Source of the DNA: Camelus ferus | Taxonomy: Eukaryota | Direction of reading: 5' to 3' | NCBI RefSeq assembly: GCF_009834535.1 | Contig: NC_045697.1 | Location: 19,780,001 to 19,844,000 of the forward strand | DNA length: 64,000 nt | Shown here: in pieces, positions 49,101 to 61,620 of the stretch | How positions within the stretch are numbered: the stretch's first letter is position 1 | Layout of the letters: each line of letters begins with the position of its first letter | Translations under genes and position numbers: made by a program | Notes under the pieces: model-generated | The model's database searches: none | Told to the model about the DNA's origin: nothing | Seen by the model: only the letters and a program-made list of their open reading frames with translations

Positions 49101-51769
49101 TTACTGATTTACTTTTAAAATTTATATTTATGATTATGCTTCTACCAAATAAAACAAGATGCAACTGGAACAATTTTCCATTGATTATAGTTAGAATGCC
49201 TCTACGTACCGCTTGAATTTTTCCCTAAATTAACATTACCTGATGCCTTTACTGTTTTTGGTATAATGATGCAGTGACAGTTTTATTATTTTATATATTT
49301 ATTTTAACAACTGGCACAGTTCCTCTCAATTAGGTGGCTCTCTTAATTTTTTTAAAAAAGTATTTTAATGGGTTATTAGTGAAAGCGTTAGGAAAGACCT
49401 CAGAGGCTATGTTGACTGGGGGCCAGCTGAAAGACAGATGTGTGTGGCTGCTCTGCGCAGAAGAGAGAAATGTGTTTTACCCAAAGAATGAAGTTTTTGT
49501 TGTGTAGAAGAGGGAGCCAGACCGAAGGAAGCTGAAAAAAAACCTCTCTTTCCCACTCAATGCAGTGAATGAAAAAGCCAAGAGACGTTTTAAGAATCAT
49601 GTTGACTTCAGTTCCCGTTGTAGGATATTTGCAGATACCAAGTAAAGCAGCCTCCCTAGGTCTTCTTTAAATTCTGCCATTCATTCCTATGTAGCATGGG
49701 TATTGATGTTTTGTAGGTATTGAATTTCACATCTGGGTATATTCTATGCAACAGGAGGAACACACTCATATCAAGAAAGCTTGGGAAAAACCACATGAAT
49801 GTGTGTGCACTGGGAAATTGCAGAAATGTTATGAGAATGCTAAATTTTCATATTCCATAGAATTCCACCTAGATTTAAAAAAAAGTAAAGGTTAGACCTA
49901 AATAATATTTTTAAAATCCCCATTTTTCTTCTCTTCATATAGCTTAAAATGTAGACCCCAGAAAATAATGCAAAAGTAAAAAAAAAAAGAGGCAGCTGTT
50001 TCAGAGTTCTCATTTGCTCTGTGGCTAACTGAGCTCATTTATGTTTCCAGATATTGAATTCTAAAAATTGAAATATACCCACCCCCCCCAAAAAAAGAGC
50101 CTAACAAGTTCCCATGAATGCCCTCTTTCTATTTCGAAAGGTTCTAATCTACCATTTTCAGCTTCAAAGTAAGTATCTCTCATGACATTCATGTAAGTGA
50201 TCAGGAGGTGAGTTCTGCTTTGAGAAACTTAAATTACCCATTTACTCATTCAACAAATATTTACTGATAGCCTACTCCATGTCAAACACTGGAGTGTAAG
50301 TTATGTTTACAAAAATGAAGAAAACATTCTTTATCCTGCACATACTCATAACTAGTGGGGTGACAAGTAAACAAATTTATTTTTTATCTTTAAGCAAATT
50401 AAAGTAAGTTTCAGGACACTATGTATAGTGCAAGCTGATTAAAAGTTTTAAAAAGACAGATATAAATCCTTGTATGAAAATGCTGAAGAGATAGACAAAA
50501 CACTAAATAGTGAGAATAGGGGCAGAGAGGGAATGAAAACTACTAGTTTTTACTTTATACACTTTATATTTTTTTGTACTGTTTAGATGTTCATTTTTGC
50601 AGTAATTTCATAATTTTCAATATGCATTATCTGCAATAATATTGTCACAGCTAGATAGAGTGGATTGGCACACAATACTTAGAACAGATTTATCATATTT
50701 GGTCTTTAGGAAAAAAATGTTTTAATATTTTCAAAATATACCATTCTGAGCCATTTCATTCCACCAGGAAAATCAGGGTATTTTTCTCTTTAAAAAAAAA
50801 AAAGGAAATACCAAAATAATTACATTTAAATAAATAACGTTATGATGACATTTAAAAATTCACAAGAAGGCCAAAGCCCTCTTTCTATTTAAATGCATGG
50901 CTGCTCAGGCCTGAGCCCAGAACTCTCTGGAAATGTGAGTGGTTTTCTTCTGGAGGAGCGTGAGCTGAGGCCAGGCAGGACCACCTACTTCTCATTCTCC
51001 GGCTTTTATTTTTTGTAGGAGAGAAGTCAGACTTAGAACTTGATCTAGTTCTGAAAGGTTGGGGGGACTTCCTGTTACAAATCAGGAAACAATCTAGATG
51101 CTTCCAGTGCTCACCTGAAGGGCCTTTGCTTCCAAGATCCTTGTGTTAACAGGCAGCTTCGGCTCCACTCCAGCGTCTGCTCCTTGCGGTGAGTGGGGCA
51201 AACCGCACCATCATCCAGGAGCCAGCTGGCCAGAGGATGCCTAAGGCTGTGACATTTGTTTGAAAAACTGTGTGCTAAAAGATTGAATCTTTTTTTCCCA
51301 AATGAAGTAGCAATAGTTTGTCCTCTTAAAACACAACATAATACATAGGAGACTTGTTTTTAGAGTGGAAAATTATGCCAGGGACAAAGTTAACACAAAG
51401 AAACAACAAAAAATAGCGAGAAAAAGCAGGTTAAGTGCAGCTTCGCGAGGCCAGTATCTCTTTCCGTCAGGGTTGCAAGCTTCCCTCAGTGTCTGTCTGA
51501 CTGTCCTACACCCGGAAATAGAGGTAGATTCGATTTATCAGGCAGCTGCTCTACTGTGGAAAATTGGCAGATGTCTTCAAGTGGCTCCACCTGACTTTAA
51601 CTGGACAGACAAAAGTAAATCATTCCACAGGCTGAAAACCAGCAACAAAAATAAAACTACGGGTACGATGTTCTCCCCAACTGGCATTCCCATCAAAGGT
51701 CCTCCATGATTCCAGGGTGTCCAGAGTAGACGTGGAGTGATCTGAATGGCAAGGACCCCCGGTTATTTT

Positions 51770-52580
51770 GTAAGGAAAGGAAGTGCGCGTCAACATACCC
51801 AGTTCCGCACGTGAACAGCAGCGCACGGCCGGCCCGGCGCTCAGCCCGCAGGTGGGAGGCGCGGGCGCGGCCTCGGCCGGAAGGACCGTGAGCCTTTACT
51901 CGGCCGTGAACGCGGGCGCGGCCGGAGCCCCAGCCTGATGTCGCTGCGGGCCGCTTTGTTCCGGAGGGCCTCAGCCTCTGAGTGACGGAGTTTTAAGGCC
52001 AGCTGCGCTTGTATTTGCGGGGCCTAGGTGAGCCGCCGGACCTCCGCGGACCGGGAGGATGCGCGCCGAGCGCGGCAGAGAGGCAGGGTCTCTTTCGGGC
52101 GCCGCGGGGCTGGCGTTAGCGGAAAGCTCTCCGGCCGCTGGTGCTGGGCGCGCTTCTCCCGCGCGGCCGGCGGCGTGTGTCCTCGCGCAGGGCACTGGCC
52201 ACGCTCTCGCCGCCTTCCGCCTTGACCCCCTCCGCCTCCGGCCGCGCCGGCGGCTCCGCGTTCTGGGGCTTGGCGGGCAGGGCGGCCGACCCCAGGCGTG
52301 TGTCGCCCGCGCGGGTGGAGGACTCGCCGCTGCCTGGTTCTCCTGGCCGTGGACGGCGCGAAAGGGCCCCGCGTGAGTCCCGTTTTGCTTTACATTTTTT
52401 ATTGGGAATAGGTGCCTGTTGCACGGGGTTGACCGGCTGGCCAGGGGTGGACTGTGACGTCTGCACAGTCCGGCCAGTGGCGCCTAGTGCGGCCTGGCTA
52501 ATGGCAGGAGTGGGCTCCATTCTCTGGCTTAGGAGGCCGGCCGGCCGCCTGAGTGACCACGGCCTGCCCGGCCACGCTTG
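51770..52580 (+). promoter_or_regulatory. CpG island / probable promoter and first exon(s) of an unidentified plus-strand gene
   Basis: Abrupt GC- and CpG-rich block; ETS GGAAGT 51779-51784, E-box CACGTG 51808-51813, CCGGAAG near 51877; donors TAG|GTGAGC (GT 52028) and CGC|GTGAGT (GT 52373). Strand is inferred from the donors. Confidence 0.85.
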
Positions 52581-52739
52581 TTCCGTTTCATTTTTGATGT
52601 GTGTATGAGTGTGAGTATGCACACCTCTGTACATTTGTTGTCTATAATACACTGTTATATTACATGTAATAATATATGAGATGTAAATAACAGAGAGAGA
52701 ACCATGAGCAAGTATCAAGCAAGCGACTTTTAAAAAATT

Positions 52740-53195
52740 AATCAAAGTCTGTATTTGACTCACATTTCCTTAATTTTTCTCCAGTGTTCATTTTCTGTTC
52801 CAGAATACCATTCAGGTTTTAAAATTGCATTTAGTCATTGTGTTTTCTTAGGCTCCTCTTGACTGTGGTATTTTTTCAGACTTTGTTTCTGGTGATTGGG
52901 ATAGTTTTGAGGATGACTGGTCAGAAATTTTGTAGAATGTCCCTCAGTTGGCATTTGCCTGATGTTTTTTCATGACTAGACTCGAGTTACGGATTTTTTG
53001 GAGAAGGCCACACAAATAATGAGCTGTTCCCACCTCAACGTATCAAAGGTACATGCTATCAAGGTGGCATCACTGTTGATGTCATCATCTTGCTTGGGTG
53101 GTTTGTCAAGTGTTGCTGCTGTAAACTTACTCCTTTTTGTCCCTTTCCGTCGTGTGCTGGTTGGAAGGGAGCCGGTTTGCACAGCCCACGCTTGA
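52740..53195 (-). mobile_element. L1MC/L1MD-like 3' UTR
   Basis: TTGCATTTAGTCATTG...TTTTGAGGATGACTGGTCAGAAATTTTGTAGAATGTCCCTCAGTTGG. Confidence 0.8.
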
Positions 53196-53537
53196 AAACC
53201 TGGGCAGTTCCTGGTGGGGAACCCAGGAAAGTGTGTGTTGGGGGAGCTATTTGTGTGCTTGGCTAGAGGTTCTGAGACTATGGCTCCCAAGAGTTTCTCA
53301 TTGTCACTGTTGGTCACACTGAGCCTCAAGCAGTTTGTCAAAATTGCTGTTTCAGTGTTTCTCCTCCTTTCCGATTCTAACAATTTCTGCCACCTGTGAG
53401 CAGATCTCAGCTCTGACTCCATGGAGGCCTCTGGCTTTCTAGATGTCAGGTCCGTGGTTTTCCCTGCCATCTCAGTTTAGGGACAGGTCTGAGAAAAGTC
53501 TTTGGGTTTGTCCAGCTTTCTGTTACTGTAAGGAAGG

Positions 53538-53923
53538 TGTGTTGATTTGCTAGGGCAGCCGTGACAAGGCTGCCATGACAGACTGGAGGGCTTCAACTAC
53601 AAATTTATTTTCTCACAGTTCTGGAGGCTGGAAGTCTGAAATGTAGGTGCTAGCGGGGTTGGCTTCTTCTGAGGCCTCCCTCCTGAGGTGATAGGTGGCC
53701 ATCTCCTTTCTTCTCACCGTGTCTTCACATGGTCCTCCCTCTGTGTTTATCTGGGACCTCCTCTTCTTACAAGGACACCAGCCAGTCACATTGGATTAGG
53801 GTCCACCCTAACGATCTCCTTTTAACCTAGTTACTGTTTCTCCAAATTCAGTCACATTTTGAAGTATCAGGAGTTAAAATTTCAACAGATGAATCCTGAG
53901 GGGATACAATTCAGCTCATAACA
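53538..53923 (-). mobile_element. MaLR solo LTR (MLT1A/B-like)
   Basis: TCTCACAGTTCTGGAGGCTGGAAGTC...CTTACAAGGACACCAG...ACAATTCAGCTCATAACA; 5-bp TSD GAAGG/GATGG with 1 mismatch. Confidence 0.9.
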
Positions 53924-54074
53924 GATGGCAGTAACGGTTTTCAAGCTTTTTACATATTGGAGCTGAAACAGGAAACTGCCAGTGAGCAAACTTTTAATGT
54001 CAATGTTTAACGTGCAGTGCTGGGGTGTGCTAAATATTATTAGCAAAAGGTCAATGGTGAATTATCACTAAAGG

Positions 54075-54368
54075 GTGTATGTTAGGATTTGCCAGAGAAG
54101 CAGACAGAACCAGTAGGACATCTATATCTATATCTGCATATCTGTCATCTGTCTGTCTGTCTGAAGAGATTTATTGTAAGGTATTGGCTCACTTGACTAT
54201 GGAGGCTGAGAAGTCCCACCATCTGCCCACTGCTAGCTGGAGATTCAGAAAAACCTATGATGTACTTTGAAGGCTCATGAGGCAGAGAACCAGTGGTGTG
54301 GATTCTAATCAAGGTTTGAAGGCCTGAGAACCAGGAGTGCTGAGGGCAGGAGAAAATCGATGTCCCAG
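54075..54368 (-). mobile_element. ERVL LTR fragment (MLT2-like)
   Basis: CCAGAGAAGCAGACAGAACCAGTAGG...GATTTATTGTAAGGTATTGGCTCAC...GGAGGCTGAGAAGTCCCAC. Confidence 0.85.
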
Positions 54369-54439
54369 AATTAAAGCCAAATAATTGGTACCTACTATTT
54401 ACAAAGGATAATCTCTTAAAAAAGAATATGATTCCATAC

Positions 54440-55104
54440 TGTCAGGACCTCAGCTGACTAGAGAGAGAGAGAGAGCTGAACTTCTAGGTGTCAGAGTCAC
54501 CAGTTAAAGCACCCATGCACAAATGGAAGGAGTAAGCCTTTAATTACTTAACTACAGTGGTATCCGCAAGAGTTATAAAAAACGGGGAGGAAGGCAGACT
54601 CTGTTTCCCCCTGTTGAGTGGCACACCCGTCTCGGGTCAGGTAGATCACTGCAGATGTGGTGCGTAGTGGTCGTCTTACCTTTGAGGGAGCCCTGGACAA
54701 GAGGAGCCAGCAGTTGTATGGACTGTGGGGAGTTGGCAGAGGGAAGAGGTAGGAGTGAAGTCCTGGGTGCTGAGTCAGGGTGGGGCAGAGTGTAAGGTTT
54801 CTGCCTTCTCCCCATCATTAGACCTCAGGAGATGCCAAGAAGACCTTTACCCATGGACTCAGATAAAGACCTAGGGTGAAGGTGCCTGGGCTAGAAATGG
54901 AAATGTCTAAGAGAGTGTGACAGGCTAGGGGGTCCATTTGCTTCACTATGCCTCCCTTCTGAGACAGCTGTGCCCTGGCTGTGCACCACGCCTGGCGTGG
55001 GGAGGGCAGCTTCTCCCCGTGGGGCCTGACCCGTCAAGCCTTTGCCTGTGATTAGGTCTGAGAAAAATCACATGGAGGTTTTTCACAAGGAGTCCAATTC
55101 CTCG
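54440..55104 (-). mobile_element. Solo LTR, probably ERVL class (MER54/MER73/LTR53 group, uncertain)
   Basis: GC-richer block inserted in AT-rich DNA, TG terminus at 54440, candidate 5-bp TSD CATAC/TATAC. Confidence 0.6.
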
Positions 55105-55484
55105 TATACCAAATTATCTCTAAAGAAATTGTACCTTCAGAGTAAAGGCAATTATCATCTTCAATATTATTATGGTTGAAAACAAGAAAGCACAGATTTC
55201 AAAATAGTTTTTACATTGTTTGGAAATCTTGGTTATGCTGCATAGGACACCCTAATCAATTGCATATAATATGCACTCAGTATGACAAATTTACGGAGAA
55301 TTTCAGAATAGTTATCTTTCAGTCAATGAATTTTGTTGAAATTCATTGCTGATTTTTGTTTGAAATTGTGAATGGAAATTTGGGATAATTGTAGAATCAT
55401 TGAGGAAATGAAGTAAACTCAAACAGGGATCTTTTTATTGCAGTACAATGAGTAAACAAGCAAATGATTTATATTTCAAAAGAC

Positions 55485-55660
55485 AGTAATTCTTAAACTT
55501 TACCTACAGAAAGCTTACAAAATTGTTTATTATGTAACAATTTCAGGCTTTCTGATTCAGTATGTTGCAGGTAAACCCTAAGACTCTGCATTTTTGACAA
55601 GCTGATTGAGGTCATTCTTACACATGTGGCCTTGAGATTAGACTTTGAAAAACATTTCTG
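55485..55660. mobile_element. MER5-like MITE
   Basis: CAGTAATTCTTAAACTT...TTCTGATTCAGTA...TCTGCATTTTTGACAAGC...ACTTTGAAAAACA. Confidence 0.65.
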
Positions 55661-57105
55661 TTTGATTAATTTGAAGGGAAAATTTTTTATTGTAAAATGA
55701 AGGGAAATAGTTTGATATGGTTAAAAGAAAAGTCAGGGAGTTTTTAGTGATGTCTGATCTGAGGTCTGCTTCTGAGTCTTGCTAAAAATTAATCTCTCTG
55801 CTCTTAGTTTCCTCATTGTTAGAATATTGTGCATTTAATTGCACAACTTCAGTGTTTTAATTAAGTTCTAAAATTCCATGTGGATAACTAAATTATACGA
55901 TGTCATGTAAAAATTATTTTACAACTTTTAGAATCATTCAAGTCTCACAAATATGCGAATTCTTTCAAATTTCTCATTGGTGCAGCTTTATATAGACTCT
56001 ATTTTTCTGAGCTGAATGACATTCACAACCTTCTGCACACAAGGGGTGCATTTCAGGAAATGGAAGGGCTCACCACTCTGTGGACTCCCTCTGTTTATGT
56101 CAGGGTGGCCTTTGTTCTTCATTTTTGTAGCTAAAAGGGATGACAGATTTTCCATGAAAGAGCTTGACATTGAGAGATTTATTAATTGATTATAACATTT
56201 GGAGTGAGGACTGTCTTAGGTTTTAATTTCGTTTTCTCTTTTAACTAATAAGTGCATTGCAACCAGTTGTTTCTTTGTATATAGTGAATCTTGAATTCCC
56301 ATAAGAAAAAAAGAGCATCTTATACAATAATGTTTTAATTTTAATCTGGTTGGTTCTCTTCCTTTTAGAAACACCATAGGGATGTGATTAGCTGTAAAGT
56401 GTTCAGATGTCACACTGCCCTCTTAAGATCCGAATTCTACAACATACCTGCTGGGAGATCTTAGGCAAGCACTTAATGAACGATCTGTAACTTAGTTTCT
56501 CAGAATCTGTAAAACAGGGATGTTAATAATAATGGCTGTCTTGCTTTTTCATAATGTGATCATGGTGCTTTCCGTTTGGAGCTTACTTTCAGCCTATGTG
56601 GCATACACTAAACCATATTTTGAGGAAATCTTGATTAAATTCATACATCAACAAGCAAGTGTAGAGAGCGTCACACTCAAATACACTACTTTCCCAAAAC
56701 TTAACGCTTACCCCAGATAACTTTTTATTCAAGGTCATACACGTGTATTAGGACACAGGAAGCCAACTTTGCTCCCTTTCTAAATATTGACCATGGTAGA
56801 CTAAATTGCATCATTTTCAATAAAAGTAGAGAGCACTGGAAGAGACCTGACATTTTTAATAAGAATTGACCATGGTACTAAGGGTCAGGTTAATTTCTCA
56901 AGCATCATATTTAACTTCTGCTTGAGGAAAAATCTGCCTCAGAGAGCTCAGTTACCACCCAAAGTCTTCTTTATGCACAGAGACTGCAGGGTAACAAGAA
57001 CAAGTGTACCCGGAACAAATCTGTGAGTATAAGGGCATAGCACTGTAACCTAGTGTCTCACAGAGTCTCAGTAAACGAGAGGCAGGATTTGTCAGTGCAA
57101 GTTTC

Positions 57106-58245
57106 TGTACAGGTAACCTGTGATTCCTCAATAGTACCTTCCCTAAGACAGTGACTGTGACAAGATACCGGCTTTGTGGTTGTCACTTTACATGGAAACC
57201 TGGATTTTGCAGATGTAATTGATGTTATTAGTTAGTTCCTGTGAGTTGAATCAGAAGGGAGTGTATCAGGGCACACTGAACCACATGAGGCCTTTATAAG
57301 AACAGTTTTCTTTGGCTGATGGCCAAGTGGAAATTTAAGAGATTTTCAGAGCAGGAAAAGGTCCTAAAGTACCATCGCTGACTTGAAGATGGCAGCCGCA
57401 TGTACAAGAATGTAATTGTCATAGGGAGGAACAAATCTGACTCCGTATGAGATCTGTTCCTTCAGCTCTAACCCTGGGCTCTGCTCCCTGTGCCTAGTCA
57501 TGCTGGTTCTGCACCTTTTGTAAAAGAATGTTGCCTAGAGCCTGAAATACACAGAACAGCCCATTCTCAAGGCTCTGACCTTTAAGGGTATTAACACCTT
57601 TCCATTCATATAAAGATAACAAGTTGCAGAATAGAGAATAGCATTTGTCTTGTTGGAGGTTTATAGGAACATCATGATTTGACCCACATGGATAGCTGCA
57701 AGAACAAAGGATTCCAACACCGTGAAGTTTGCAATAACTAACCCCACCCCCTCCCCTTTTGGTATAAAAGAAGCCTGAATTCTGACTTGGGGAAGATGGT
57801 TCTCCAGGACATTAGTCTGCCATCTTCTCAGTCTGCTGGCTTTCCAAATAAAATCGTTTTTCCTTGCCCCAACACCTTGTCTCCCAATTTATTGGCCTGT
57901 TGTGCAGTGAGCAGAGCGAGTTTGGAGTCGGTAACATAATGATATCTAGAAGCTGAGAATAGCTCCCAGCCAACAAACATCAAGGAAACAGAGACATTAG
58001 ACCCACAGCTTTAAGACTAGATTCTGCCAACATCTTGAATGAGCTTTGAAGCAAGTTCTTCCTAAGATCCTTCAGGTAAGAACCCTGCCCAGCAGCTACC
58101 TGGATCTGGCCTTGTGAGTCCTGAAAGCAAAGAACCCAGTTGAGCCAGCACAGACTTCTGTCCTATAATCTTGAGCCAATGTCTGGGTGTGTTTTAAGCT
58201 GCTAATGCATGGTAATTGGTTACTCAACAATAGACAACCTATACA
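57106..58245 (+). mobile_element. MaLR LTR (MLT1E-like), interrupted by an ERV1-type LTR
   Basis: GATTTTGCAGATGTAATT...GCTGACTTGAAGATGG on the left; CTAGAAGCTGAGAATAGC...ATTCTGCCAACA...TTTTAAGCTGCTAA...CAATAGACAACCTATACA on the right. Confidence 0.8.
57417..57936 (+). mobile_element. ERV1-type solo LTR (copy 2)
   Basis: TGTCA...GTAACA termini, perfect 4-bp TSD TAAT (57413-57416 / 57937-57940), TATAAAA 57763-57769, AATAAA 57847-57852. Confidence 0.9.
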
Positions 58246-58266
58246 GAATGCTTGAACACTCAGACT

Positions 58267-58664
58267 TGTTGAAGGAGGTCATCCAGAGCAGGTGGCCACT
58301 GGTTGACCCTTGAGTGGGACCCAGGCAATCAGAGAGGTCTCACCCCCTCCCCTGTCCTTGGAATGTGTGTCCGTCCACCATTCCTGTAGCCGGAGCTGTC
58401 TCGGATGCAGCCTTGAGAGAGAAATGTTGTTGAGACTATGTGGACTGTGTACGTGACTGGATCCTGTTAAGGCCTCTAAATAAACTTTGAAGATTTTGGT
58501 GGGCGGCACAGAGACTAGTGTCATGTGTAAGTTCCCTTGCTTATTACCCCTGCCACCTGTCAGTCTGGAGTGATCTGCCTGTTTTCTTCTGTCTGTCATT
58601 TTCCTCTGTGTATGGAGGCCAGTTTTGTATTTCACCTGGGGAACTCTCAGGGGGCAAACCGACA
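58267..58664 (+). mobile_element. Solo LTR (ERV, family uncertain)
   Basis: TGTTG...CGACA termini with candidate 5-bp TSD AGACT/AGGCT; LTR-like composition. Confidence 0.65.
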
Positions 58665-59814
58665 AGGCTTTCTGTGTGTTTTTGCGGCTCCGCTACCTGC
58701 AGGATTGGTGCTGTGATCATCGGAGGGCGTCCACATTACAGGTCTAATGTGTTCACTTCGTGATGCGCGTATATACTGGCCAGAGCATTCTCTTACGCAG
58801 TCAGTTTTGACAGCATTCCTGGGTACCTGGTGTCCTAGCATGAAAACCTCAGGATTTTTCTTTTTGTGGTGGGCACATGTGTATTGGCCCACAGGTTCCT
58901 CAGGTCACATAAACAACTCTCCTCTCCTCTCCTTACCCCTCCTCCTCCTCCTTCTTTTCTGTGAACTTGGAGAAGTTGGTTAACCTCTTGAGAGATTTTG
59001 CTCATTTATGAAATGTGGCAAATAATACCTTTGTTATAATATTTTCTTGAGAATACCTTGAAATATGACACGTGTAAAGCAAATATAGCAAAATCTTAAA
59101 TGTAGAAAGTAAAAGATGGGTATTAGGCTGTTCACTGCATAATTAGTTCTGCTTTTCTGTATGTTAGAAAATGTTCATCATTAAATTGTTTAAAATAAAG
59201 CTATTGCAAAGTGTAGGCAAGAGATGGGTGCCTGGGCCCCAGTGGCATCGGTACAGATGGAGTGCTTGAGCTGGACTAAAAGATATTGTCAAAGTAAATT
59301 TGCCTTGATTTAGTTACAATTTGTGTATAGAATCAGTAAGATGGCAAAGATTGTTCATAGGTTCCGGACTTGTGCAATTGGTGTCTTGAATGTACTATTC
59401 ATGTGTCTTCTGCAGAGAAGAAGGACTTATTTGGGGTATGTTTTGGTTTTGATTGCAGAAATAGTAAATGTTATATTAGCATCTAAGAGTTTAGAATCTA
59501 AGATATAAAATTGTCAAACATAAAATCCATCCTTACTAATGATGCTCACTTAAATATTCAGGTCTCTAGTGACTTAGATGGACAAGAGAACCATCTATAA
59601 CCAAATATAGATAAACCATAAAACTGGTCCCTAAAAATAGAACTTACATTATATAGTATTTTTAAACAAAGCTACACAAAGAAGTAATAGGCTTTTTTCT
59701 TCCTTTTTTTCCTAAATAAAATTGGTTGGTATACACTTAGTGCTCTAGGTAATATCAGAATAAAACAACAAATACTGGATGGGGGCCAGAATAGGAGTAG
59801 GGTAGGAAGTATTT

Positions 59815-60395
59815 GAAAATTGCAAACACAGTCAACACAAGATAGCTCTGATTTACGATACAAATTACAGGCTTGGGGGGTTTCCCCAAACCACCCTCAA
59901 TTTAAATAATTTGCTAGAAAGATTTGCATATTTATCAGTGTGGTGTGTAAAGGGTTCAGATGAAAATCAGCCAAGGGAAGAAGTGCTTAGGGCAGAGTCC
60001 AGGTGGATACCATACGTTTCCCCTACATGGAGTCGTGAATGGGTTACTCTCAGGGCATACATGTGTGATGATATGCATGGAGTGTTGCCAACCAGGGAAG
60101 CTCAACTTAGTCTCCTTGGCTCCATAGAGTATTTACTGGGGCTTCATCAAGTGTGCATGATTAATTGATTTATTGCCCACTTGGTTGATCTCAGTCCCCA
60201 GGTCAGCTGATACTGTGGGATCCGAAGCCTGCACCCTCAATCATATTGTTGCTGTTTCTACCATGGCCACCCCCAACTCTGAACAAAGACTCTACTGTCA
60301 GGCATGACACTCTAAGAGTTCAGAGATTACCTCCTAGAGTCTGAGGGCAAATGCTAGACCTCTTTTTTGGGCAAAGTTAAGTTCTTTCTTACTCA
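59815..60395 (-). mobile_element. MER21-like LTR
   Basis: GGGGGTTTCCCCAAACCACCCTCA...AATTTGCTAGAA...AATCAGCCAAGGGAAG...TTGCCAACCAGGGAAGCTCA...GAACAAAGAC. Confidence 0.75.
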
Positions 60396-61034
60396 AGAAT
60401 GTTTCAATAGGTGTGGGCAACTCATTATTTCACAAAATTTGCTGATATCTTGATCTGGTATCCTATATAGTGTATAAATGTGACAGAGTTGTTTAAAAAT
60501 CCCAAGTGAGTGCTATTACAATATCTGACCAATATAAGGTACTCATTACTGCACAAGCTCAGAAGGAGTAAGTATGTACATTATAGACTAGATGATAGTA
60601 ATTTAAATTATCTATGAAGTTAAGTGATCTTACTGTGTAATTCATCTTCAGTGAATTCAGATTGCCTTAATCAGTTGGCTGGTAGTATTGTGAAATATTT
60701 TGCAATGGCTATCTTGTTTTAAATATATTTTGACATTGTTAATCAGGCAATATTTACAGTTAAATGAAAAGTAAACCAGAAACCTCTGTTAAAATAGAAA
60801 ACTTCCCTTGCCTGCCCCCTTTTCCCATTCCCAACTCTGGTTGAGCAAGATTAAGGTTCAGTGTAGAATCATTACTTAGGAGGAGAGGATTTCATCTGAT
60901 TACTATTGATGTATCCTTCTCTGTCATCTCTTATATTATTCAGATTCCCACTGCCTTCGGTTTTCTCAAAGACTTTCATCTGATAAACCAGATAGATCTC
61001 CCTAGTCTTCATCAGTCTTCTGTTTCAGAGTGAA

Positions 61035-61620
61035 TTCATTCTTTCCTTCTTTTATTTAACAAACATTTATTAAATGCCAACTGTATGTGACATGCTAAGT
61101 TTACAAAGATGAGTAAGTCACAGCTACTGTTAGAATCCAGTGCCGGGAAAACTGTGTGAGCACATAATACAGTCGGATAAGTACTATGAGTAAAATACAA
61201 AGTCTTAGGAATCCTAAACAAAAGAGGGACCAATATATTTGAGATTGACGTTGGAAGTGTGTACAGTTATCCTTGGCCCAGGTTGAAAAAAGATTTAGAT
61301 TTACCAATATAAGTTTCGGGAGAATTTGGGGGTAAAGGCTGGGAAGGTAAGAGGAAATAGGAATTGAGGATGGAGCAATGGGATGTTCTCCTAAAGAAAT
61401 CACATGGTCATAGTGATGGGTCTGGAAACACATATTCTGTTTGTGGAATTTAATGTCTAAATCTAATGTCTAGATTTAATGTCTAAATCAAAAGTGGTAG
61501 GAAATAATGAATTAATAAAAAATTAAATTGCTGCTGCAGAAGATGGGTCATTGAAGATTTTAAATAGGAGACTGGCATGACAGAATTGTGTTAGAAAGAT
61601 CAACTGCAAAGATTTCCATT
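61035..61620 (-). mobile_element. L2 3' region
   Basis: TTTAACAAACATTTATTAAATGCCAACTGTATGTGAC, the antisense L2 terminus, followed by a purine-rich L2 body. Confidence 0.7.
61448..61489. repeat. 13-bp tandem repeat x3.2
   Basis: ATTTAATGTCTAA ATCTAATGTCTAG ATTTAATGTCTAA ATC, seen directly. Confidence 0.9.

Noticed and set aside
51770..52580. Assigning a gene symbol to the promoter
   Set aside because: No coding sequence is visible and I do not recognise the 5' sequence.
51971..52763. Long ORFs over the CpG island (up to 215 aa)
   Set aside because: R/A/G/P-rich shadow ORFs expected from stop-poor GC-rich DNA; the 215-aa frame starts in low-complexity and L1-derived sequence.
52976..53470. 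164-aa minus-strand ORF
   Set aside because: Lies across L1 UTR-derived fragments; no protein motif.
28833..57936. A single 29-kb provirus bounded by the two related LTRs
   Set aside because: Each LTR has its own distinct TSD on both sides, and no PBS or internal ERV1 sequence follows either.
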